Source of the DNA: Octopus bimaculoides | Taxonomy: Eukaryota | Reading direction: 5' to 3' | Length of the DNA stretch: 64,000 nucleotides | Assembly (NCBI RefSeq): GCF_001194135.2 | Contig: NC_068986.1 | Coordinates: 71,780,745-71,844,744 of the forward strand | Part shown: positions 53,791 to 64,000 of the stretch, piece after piece | Layout of the letters: each line of letters starts with the position of its first letter | Position numbering within the stretch: position 1 is the first letter of the stretch | Program-made: the position numbers and the translations under genes | Notes under the pieces: model-generated | Told to the model about the DNA's origin: nothing | Seen by the model: only the letters and a program-made list of their open reading frames with translations | Database searches by the model: none

Positions 53791-54106
53791 CTAAGCAGTG
53801 GTAGTAGATTGAAGCATTAAAATACATGTGATTTGGTACGAGTAAAATCAACATAGGAATTTATTCTCGTTAAAATTCACTTTCTGACTCCCGCCCAACT
53901 AATTGACCATTAATATTACTATTTAATATATTCAATTCATGCTGCTAATTATTTATGATATTACTGTTTCATTTTTATCTTTTCTGTATTGAAAGCTTAC
54001 ACCTCATCTCGTTAATTACAAATTCTCTGCTTGGATTTTCTAAAGAAAGGAGAATTTCGCCGTATTTCGTCTCAAGTTCTCTCTTTCTCTCCCTTTCTCT
54101 ATGTCC

Positions 54107-54140
<34 letters not shown>

Positions 54141-54841
54141 NNNNNNNNNNNNNNNNNNNNNNNNNNNNNNNNNNNNNNNNNNNNNNNNNNNNNNNNNNNN
54201 NNNNNNNNNNNNNNNNNNNNNNNNNNNNNNNNNNNNNNNNNNNNNNNNNNNNNNNNNNNNNNNNNNNNNNNNNNNNNNNNNNNNNNNNNNNNNNNNNNNN
54301 NNNNNNNNNNNNNNNNNNNNNNNNNNNNNNNNNNNNNNNNNNNNNNNNNNNNNNNNNNNNNNNNATATATACTTGAAAATATAAATATGATTAAAATAAT
54401 ATTAATATCAAGCAAGAATAATGCACCATATAGATGGAATTAGAAATATATAAAACAGTGAAGCTCTACATAGTGCCCAAAAACTTAGTGGCTGCTATTT
54501 CTAGTATTGATCGTACTTCTAAAAGACTGTCAATGATGTGGTGGCACATCAAAGTATCAAAATACATGTGACACCGTACAAGTATAGCTAACATGGGATT
54601 TTCTTTTTGTTAAGGAGTACTTTCTCTCTTCCGCGAAGCTAATAAACCGTTTGTAAAATGGTTATATATTTAATTAATACTGCTAACTTACAATAATTTA
54701 CTACATTTTTTCCCTTTTCTATAGAAATATTACAGCCTTCTCATATCCTTAATTACAAACGTTTTCCCGTCTCTGAATCTAATCCACAATGAAGAGTTTC
54801 ATCGGATTGCCTATGACTCTTCCTTCTCTTTTTTTTCAGTC

Positions 54842-54910
<69 letters not shown>

Positions 54911-56310
54911 CTCTCCCTTTTCTCTCTCGATTTCTCGGTCACTGTCTAATCTATCTGGTCAATTCATCTATACAAACTTATCGACTCACTAAAAATAAAA
55001 CATCATTCAGTGCTTTCCTCATAGCACACTGTCAAGTGCAGTTAGCTGCTTCATGCCCATACACCTATGTATCTACCTACCTGCATATCTATGTATCTAT
55101 CTAGCTGGCTAGCTAGCTCGCTATCTAGTTATCAATTTCATCAATCAATTACTTTATCTGTCTATCTAGAGATCATACTCAATGGCTTATACTGAGTCTG
55201 AGAAAGAAAAATCAAACTTTAGGGAAGAAAGTTCATTGGTCAAGTTTATAGAAAACATGAGTAACAGAGCTGGAGAATCTGAGCATTAAATACCCATGAG
55301 TGTTGGATTACCAGAGCTTTATTAACGTAGATTCCAAACATTTTGTCTCCAGTGGTGATGATTTAATGTTGTTAGTGGCAGGAGCTACTGAAACGCATAT
55401 ACCATTGGTTTCAGTATCTTCTCCTGAAACCAACATACCATTTATTTGTCATTAATTCTGAATTGACAATTTGACTGTCAGTAGCCAAGACAGTTCGACT
55501 GTCAGAAAGCAAGATTATGTTTTTTCAAAATACTCGCGTGGGTATGCGGGTGTTTTGAAAATACCATACCGAGTGATGATTGTGCCCTGCATGGCTACAG
55601 GCTGCCCTTTGACAAGGCATAACACCCATTCAGCCACCCTGCCATGGATACGGTGAAGTCATGGGACAACAGCATGATTTAGCGGAAGAGCACAACAGTG
55701 CTTCTTATATTGATGCTGAGCAGAGGAATCTTAGGTCAACGGTCAAGAGGATCAAGCTCTATCTAAAGAGAGTTACTGCAACAAATCAATAGCGGTGACG
55801 TCTACGGTTGTGCAACCGGCTAACGAAAGATCACTGTGACTCACGCTCCAAATTCAATTTCATAATAATGGAATTGGATGACGACACAGAGTCAAGGGGA
55901 CCCGCGAAAGCAAAGAAAAAAAACAGGCAACATGTATCCTAGTAACGCTCCAACCACTTGGATGAGCTCATACTTCTTCAGGCCTAAATGTCTGATCAGC
56001 TGCCGTTGGAAACATTCAAGGAAAGTATGTGAATATTTTTAAATTTTAAAAGACGTATATCTCTATCATGAATGACTGTTCCAACACTCTCCCATCTAAT
56101 TTTATGGAGACATCTATCATTTTGCCTTCTAATCCGACAAACATCCATGAACGCGGAAATGAGCGATCGAGTATTTTGGATGCCGGTATATAAGTAACGT
56201 AGTTATACCGAAAACCTTGAAAAGAAATGTTTCGTCAGAATCGTTATATCCGTATTTTTACATGTGGAATCCGCCATCAAAAATTAAACTAAAAGCAAAA
56301 TGTTAAAAAA

Positions 56311-56379
<69 letters not shown>

Positions 56380-56591
56380 TATATGAGTGCGCCTGAACCT
56401 GCGTGTGGAGGTATTATTTAAAATTTTCGAAAAACAGCTGGTTTGAGAGCAAACAAGATTCAGAATGAATTTTTGAAAAATAGTAAAACAAAGAATAGTA
56501 GGTCAATTCGAGATGACGCCGTTACAATTTCTTTGACTTTTTAATTGTCTATACTTAGCATTTGCTGATACAGCACATTGCATTGCTTAGA

Positions 56592-56593
<2 letters not shown>

Positions 56594-56644
<51 letters not shown>

Positions 56645-56657
56645 TAGACAGACAGAC

Positions 56658-56701
<44 letters not shown>
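56594..56701. repeat. Compound (AGAC)n(AGAT)n microsatellite
   Basis: Direct reading. Confidence 0.95.
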
Positions 56702-57599
56702 TTGCATAACTACAGTTCAATGCCGTGTAACCAACATCAAATCTGACTTTTGCCCCATAAGTTTTCTCCTACTGTGATTTTTATTATTAGGTTTCTCTCA
56801 TTTAGTTCGTTCAAAAAAGTGGTTATATTAATTTTGAGAGGTAATAAATATATTTATTATATCTCCCATTTAATATAATTACACTTCTGTTGCTAATAAA
56901 TATATTGTTTCTTTAAAATAATAGAGATATGAAGACTTTGAAAATGATATCTGGCTTTACTATCCCACCGATATAAACCTTCTTTGCCTATAATATTTCC
57001 TTATGGCACCGGCTTTCAGTTCAGTTTTGGATTTTGATCATTTAAGAAAGCTTAGCTATACTAAATTGTCTTTTGAAATATCAAAGATATATTGATTGAA
57101 AGACAATATCAGGCATTGCCACTTTCCAAAATTGACTGTTTTTTTACTCATAAGTATTTTTCTACTGCATCAATTTTGATGAGGTTTTCAGATTTAGATT
57201 CCTCTCACTGAGATTGTTTTTTATGTGTAATAAAAACAAAAATAATACAGGAATGAGGAAAACCATAGTGCTTATACTTTGCATGTTTGCGTTACTCTCG
57301 CAATTTTTAAAATATCTTATAGCTAATTTTTTATCAAGCAATATTCTTTTCAGGAGTACTGTTCCTTTTCCCTGAACTGAGCTATATTTAATTTGGTCAA
57401 GAACTGGGTTATCTAGAAAGCGTAGAATTTATCAGAAAAACTAAATTTTTATCTTACGAATATTATTCACCGATTGCCAACCTTCAGGACGAAAACCTTA
57501 TCAGAAAGTCGATGAGATCAAATATTAACAACCATTCAAACTGAACCTACTTTTGCTTTTACTTTATAATATATACGTCAGGCCACTATCAAAATCATA

Positions 57600-58980
57600 T
57601 CAGGTTGACAGAAGCTGACTGCTTTTACACTTGTACTATAGGCGAGAGAATGCTTACAGTGTACGCGGGTTAAAGTACTAATATGGCAACAAGCACAAAA
57701 TAACCTGATTAGACTAAAGGTAGACACGCCGTTTGATCCCTGCAACAAACTGTCTAGAAGTAGAATCTCAGTGAAACTATTGATCATAAGTGATGTGAAA
57801 TCTGCTCCGTGTAGAGTAACTTTAAAATTTTGAGTGTATTGTGTCAAATATAAATTTGAACAAAAACGTCGTGAATGAGATCGGACTCCTTAATGAAGGT
57901 TCACACCCATTATGTGCTTTACAAGACGACAACGCAAGATTGCAACGTTATCACAAGAAAGGAAGCAAGCGTCTTGACAAATGAATGCTCGACGTTTGGA
58001 ATTACACGGAATAATTTAAATTAAGTAAACAGCAGTTAGTGTTCAGCATCAGGAATGGAAATTATTTCTCAAACTTAAGTAGTGAAGATTAAATGTAAAG
58101 ATCGCCACAAAATTGCAAGAACCAGAACATCAAAACTAGATGGATCGCAGTAACGCCTCTGAAAATGAGGAGAGAAAAATATCGTTCGCATAGCGTTCGC
58201 ATTTGAAGCAAGGGCAAGAAGTTGCATACAAAAGGAAAAAGAATTTATTGTGGGCAGCCTTGATTAAGATCATTGAAAATCTGAAACAAAAACTGAAGGA
58301 ACGGGAGGTGCTAGATAACCGGATACTCTAGAGAACTGAATGCCTTTTAGTCAGTCAATTTGAGGACAACCAAATTGTAATAAAAAAGAACTACATCGAA
58401 AGCGAAAATATTAAAGATATTGACACATTGATATTAACTTACGGTAAGGGGAAAAGGAAAGGACAAAAGAAGAACCAGCAGGTACCCTGGTGGCAAAGTG
58501 ACAGAAAAATATATAATTAAACTGGACTAGTGAAGGGAGAATAAATTAAAGAAAGAAGAGAAAGGTAAAGGAAATGTATTACAAAAGAAAAAACGGAATT
58601 GGGACATTGATCGTAGAGCTAAAGCAGAAACACAAAAATTACCAAAACCAGACAATACGAAACAACCAGTCACCTTTTCCAATCAAACTAGAAACGGTTC
58701 ATGTGACATGCTTGAAGGAACTGAGAGAAATGTTAACGTAAGACCAAATATAGTAAACAGGTTATTTGGGGGAAGACATTTTGTGAAAATGCTAAACCCA
58801 ATAATAAGGTACAGTAGATAAATCAAGTGGAAAATTACACTGAGAATGTTGAGGTGCAGAAGGATTTTTCTATCACGAAACCAAATATTCGAAAGCAATT
58901 AAAAAGTTAGAAAAGTGGAAAATAGCTTGATAAGGCCTTGTCAATGGTTACTAGTTTAAAGGGTGTACAAGTCTCCATAA
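57600..58980 (+). mobile_element. Degenerate R4/Dong-like retrotransposon, pre-RT region
   Basis: Fragments QQVPWWQ (about 58475-58500) and KWKIA**GLVNGY*FKGCTSLHK (about 58910-58980) resemble the PWWK-R and NWKAPGPD-V-GFW-K-TSLH motifs. Many stops. Confidence 0.55.
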
Positions 58981-59929
58981 AACAGTATCAAACTATAGAT
59001 TTTTCTCACCAAATTATTTATCTGATGCCGGTATAAGATTATAAATTGATTTATTCAAATATAAAAGAGTTATTTCATTCCGTACTCTATAAAGTTGATA
59101 TTTAACAATAATTACAATACGAGGTACTATGATTTTATCTTTTGAAGGAAACCTGAGGGAAAGAACATATATTTTCTTTCAATTTTTGTTTCATAGACAA
59201 CTGTGTTTAACGATAATATTCTGCAGAAAACATTTTCGTAAATGTCTTGTTAAATATAGGTTAATTAGTGAAGAAAATCAGTTTTGAAATAAAATGAAAC
59301 TTGTTCCTTTCTATCTATACAGAAAAATCATCGAAAATTTGTTCCAATTATGTATTCATGTAAATGCGTCGAAACATCATTCGCAATAAAATGCCTTGTT
59401 TTAAAGAAAATCATTTGAAGAAAGAGCTCTGGCTTTGCATCACAATATGACGGAATTGTCCTCAGGGAGTTGCAACGTAAAAGATTAAGAGTCGCATTTT
59501 CTAAGACTTACAAATCAAAAGCACGACGATTTCCGGTGAATTCGCTGCACATCCGTCTATCTATTTACAACTGTGTTTGGCCATTAAAGATAGGCGAAAG
59601 CTTTGATTAATGGATGGCAGCAGACACTGTTAGTAACAAGAGATTATTTCCGTTTGCTGACTTCTTGCAGCAAACAAAATGGCAGTTGTCGACAAAGTAC
59701 AACTCCTTGATGTACGATTGTGTCAGAGTTATAATCACAGCAAGTATAAGGATTAAAATTGATGTGATAGGAGAGTTCATTTATTAAGTAAACTATCAGA
59801 AAACGTACGTATTATATCATTCAAACTAACAGCATGTATTTTTGTAATTTTTATTGTAATCTAATCCCCATTTGCCAAAACATCCAGTGTTTTTAATTAA
59901 TGTATAATAGTATTTTACTCCTACACGTA

Positions 59930-59930
<1 letters not shown>

Positions 59931-60003
<73 letters not shown>
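59931..60003. repeat. (GTA)n microsatellite
   Basis: Direct reading. Confidence 0.95.
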
Positions 60004-60324
60004 AACCTAATAGCAAATCAATAAAATTGAAATACAATGATGTTTTGACACAGACTTAGAGTGGAGAGAAAGAAGGGAAGAGATATTCGGAAATGCAATT
60101 ATAATTTAACGAATTGTTAATTATAACTGTTCTTTTTCCCTTTGATCTCCAATGGTCATCGGGTATATTATACCTAGGAGTGTATGCTGAATTCAATCGC
60201 GAAATCTTTATCTGTAAAGAAAGAGTAATTATATTCATGTTTACTAGGCCAATGTCACATGTACAAAATTACACAAATTACAAACGTACTAACAATTCAT
60301 ATCACACCCTTATATATAATTATT

Positions 60325-60922
60325 CCGCCGAGATCGTCTTTGCTTTTCATCCTTTCGGGGCTGATAAACTAAATACCAGTTGAGCACTGGTAATTGATTT
60401 TCTCCTCTCCTGACCTTGCTGGCCTTGTACCAAAATTTGAAACCAATAAATGTGTATGTATGGAAGGCAGCGAGCTGGCAGAATCATTAGCACGCCGGGC
60501 GAAATGCTTAGCGGTATTTCGTCTGTCTCTACGTTCTGAGTTCAAATTCCGCCGAGGTCGACTTTGCCTTTCATCCTTTCGGAGTCGATAAATTAAGTAC
60601 CAGTTGCGTACCCTGGTCGATTTAATCGACTGGCCCCCTGCCCCAAAATTGCAGGCCTTGTGCCAATAGTAGAAAAGAATCGCTAGCACGCCGGGTAAAC
60701 TGCTAAGCGGCATTTCGTCCGTCTTTACCCTCTGTTTTTACGACAATTCATATCACACATATATATGTGATTATTATATGTGTGTATTAGTCCGCTGGGG
60801 TTGACTTTGTCTTTCATCTTTTCTGGGTCGATAAAATAAGTACCCGCTGAGTACTGAGGTCGATTTAATCGACTTAACCCCTCCCCCTAAATTGCTGGCC
60901 TTCTGCTCAAATTTGAAACCAA
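60325..60922 (+). mobile_element. Tandem cluster of about 3-4 family A SINE copies and fragments
   Basis: Repeated ctttcatcctttcgg-gataaa-gtaccagtt-ggccttgtg-aaatttgaaaccaat modules, including one near full copy at about 60465-60675. Confidence 0.8.
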
Positions 60923-61114
60923 TATATAGTCTGTCCGTGTGTATGCATGAGTGCATATGTATCTGTATGTGAATGCATGCGAATGTAGAATGTATTTGTT
61001 CCTGGCTGGCATGATGAAAGGCATTTTTTGCAGCCACTTGAGAAAGATACATACATGCGCGCGCGCTGTGTATATAAGTGGGAAGAGAGAAATAAAGAGA
61101 CATTTAAAAAAAAA

Positions 61115-61432
61115 AAGCAGCACACCGTTGATTACGACGACGAGGGTTCCAGTCGATGCAATCAACGGAACAGCTTGCTCGTAAAATTAACGTGCAAGTG
61201 GCTGAACACTCTATAGACATGCGTGCCTTAACATAGTTCTCAGGGAGATTCAGCATGAGAAATAGTATGACAAGGCCGGCTCTTTGAAATACTGCTACCA
61301 CTCATTTTTGCTGCCTGCGGCGACTGGAAATAGGGTGTGTTGCTCGAAATCACAATGCGGCGCCGGGAATCAAACTAAACAACCTTACAATCGTGAGCCA
61401 AATGCCCTAACCACTAAGCGACGCACCTTCAC
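61115..61432 (-). mobile_element. tRNA-derived SINE, family C
   Basis: The minus-strand head gtgaaggtgcgtcgcttagtggttagggcatttggctcacgattgtaaggttgtttagtttgattcccgg is tRNA-like. Confidence 0.65.
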
Positions 61433-61445
61433 AGACAGAAAGATT

Positions 61446-61508
<63 letters not shown>

Positions 61509-61682
61509 TCATGCCGATCAGCTGGACGTTGTAAAGAAGAACTCAAATCTACAAAAAGAGAAGGCACTTAGTATGTATTACGTTGTTACAACATAACCAG
61601 CCGTTACGAGTCTCGTCTCAGAGGAGATAAGTAAACGTCTGATGATTAGGTTTATGTACACACATACATACAAACATACATG

Positions 61683-61732
<50 letters not shown>

Positions 61733-63717
61733 CGTACTTATGTATGTATGCATGTATGTGCTGTAAGCACAGGGCCAAAGTGGAGAGGTAAGAGTGAAAT
61801 AGGATCGGTGATGATAATATTAAGAATTTTGACAGTACTGAAAGTGTTAGGAATTAAAATAATAGCACAAAATGTAAGATGGTAATGGTAATGGTAGAAG
61901 AACGTTAAAAGCAATAAAAATTAGAAAAAATAAAATGAGATGATATTGGTGGAAAATACAATAGTTAAAAGAAAAAAACTAAAGTAAATATAGAAATTAT
62001 AGAAATACATCTGTAAATTAGAGGGATAAAAATAAAAAGTATAAATAATTCTACAGTGTTAAAGTCTAGCGTTAAATGGTCGTAGGACGGGAGGCGGTAG
62101 GCTATCTAGAGAGGAGAATTTAAAAGTGTGTGATAGATTTAGCCAGGTAGGAAATAGAGAATTGTGTGGCTGAGTGTAGCTGGGTAATAATGTAGTTTAT
62201 GGCAGAGAGAATAAAAACAAACGAAAAAAGAGAAAGATAAGAATGAAAGGATTGAGAAGAAAGCGAAGTAGAAGAAAATGAGAAGATAATTTAAGATGGG
62301 GAATTAAAATAAATGAAAATGTTTAAGATGAAAAATACTGGAGTTGAGTATAAAGAAAACTATAAAGGAAAACGCCAAAGAAAAGGGTAGCATTGTGGGT
62401 ATTTAGAGCATTGTGGGTATTTAGATGTTAGAAAGAGCTGTGGAAGAGGATATATTGATAGGAAAAGTAAGTCTATTTTCTCAGATTCGAGAGTGCAAGG
62501 GTAGTAGGAAGAAAAAGAGAGGTGGATAACTGGTTAAGAGCCACCGTTAAAGGTTAAATGGTGAAATAATAAAAATATATTTAAAACGTTGAGTGAAGTA
62601 ATAGGTTTGATTAGACCGGTTAGGAAAGTAGAGTCATGTAAGTTGTTAATTATGAAAGTCGGAAGTAGGGGTGTGGAATTACTGGACAGTAGATTTCTTA
62701 GAGAGAATGTAATGAATAAAACCGACAAGACATAGAAGAGAGATTGGGTAGCAGAAGGAGGACCGGAAAAAGTAAACGACGTCAAATAAGAAAAAATTAA
62801 AACGTGATGATGAGGGAATAGTAGAATGGAGAAAATAAAATATGGGCGAGAGTAAAACATGAATAAATAAAAATAATAAGCTAATTGTTTAAAAAGTATG
62901 ATTGTGCGAAAATTAGTCCTACTTAGGACAATAATTTAGAATGGTAAGATGCTAGTAGTGCTTGTAGTTATTGATAACTTTATGGTTGTATGAAAGCAAT
63001 CTTTTAAGGATTTTAAAAGCTTGTTTTCGTATATCCGCAGCATATAGGTGCCCAACATTGTATGCACTATAAATATCAGACTATTGGTACATCAGTTTTT
63101 CTGGAGACACGAAGTGTATAAACATTTTCTAATGAAAATCTAGTAAGAGTTGTAACTAGTCATATCGATTTCACTTCTTCTGCCCACCTAGTTTTAAAAA
63201 AATATCTGAAGATTGAAGAATGGAACAGTTGGTATGACATACAATGTGAGATTTTCCAAAAACGAAATTTCATAATGGTAATAAAAGTCCTCGCTATATA
63301 GGTGCGACATAAGCAATAGTTCATGCTAAAGATAGGAATTTTGAACTCGTTTCAGCTGTAACGTTTGACTTTCAAGACTTACAGCCCAAATGTGTGCTGA
63401 AATAGATGAACACTTCTCAGGTTTTACACTCAAAATGTTGTACATTGTGACGTTCATAATGACTATGCGGTTGACAGATGTAAGTATTACTTATGTACGA
63501 GTATGAAAGTATCTATATATGCTTTTATTTACCTTTATGCTTGAGTCAATATGTAAATACAATATATGTTTATATACGACTAACTGTAACCAATAACCAT
63601 ATGAATGCATGTATGTGCATATGTAGATGCTCGTATAAGTGAATGGAAAAGTAGGAAGGGACAAATATATAGATGCATATGTATATATGCATTTGTATGT
63701 GTGTGTATGTACATATT

Positions 63718-63769
<52 letters not shown>

Positions 63770-64000
63770 AATTTCTGTATAATTATGTATTGTTAATATA
63801 ACAATACATAAAGACGGGCTAGAGTTGAAGTGCTCAGCATGAGCTAGAATTCATCTTATAGTAAAAATAGATACATAAGGGTGGAAAACCACAGGAATAA
63901 TACCATATGTCCAACGCAAGATATAATATGTGTGTTCAATTCCTTCAAGAATCAATAAATAAATTTATAGTATTCAGTCTCTAAAGTGTCTAAAAGGTAC

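Noticed and set aside
61780-62900. Strand-biased purine-rich block and 108-aa ORF as a LINE endonuclease or host exon
   Set aside because: No diagnostic catalytic motif is readable; probably an ancient retroelement but unverifiable by eye.

Overview
AT-rich, microsatellite-dense, gapped animal genomic DNA (12 N-gaps). It is most likely from an octopus or other coleoid cephalopod; this is an inference from the SINE families, which I recognise from memory, and the repeat landscape. The only clear host gene is a minus-strand nicotinic acetylcholine receptor alpha-type subunit. Three exons (47358-47147, 45902-45793, 41918-41467) splice in frame with canonical AG/GT sites; the 110-nt middle exon is missing from the ORF track. 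The product has an intact ACh site (YNF, WTY, YACCPEPY) and a Cys-loop, but carries ESPAK instead of the cation-type SGEK before M2. That is the signature of molluscan ACh-gated chloride channels. The signal-peptide exon and the M2-M4 exons were not found in the 41 kb downstream or 16 kb upstream. The rest is intronic/intergenic: R4/Dong-like retroelement fragments tied to (TAA)n tracts, CR1/L2-like and APE-LINE relics, tRNA-derived SINEs, a piggyBac-type MITE, a probable solo LTR, a foldback element, and Penelope-type terminal repeats with minimal hammerhead ribozyme motifs. A textbook-looking recursive splice (AG|GTAAGT) site lies inside the very long intron. Most ORFs in the supplied track are artefacts of microsatellites and N-runs. 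No database searches or folding computations were run; family assignments rest on motif recognition.
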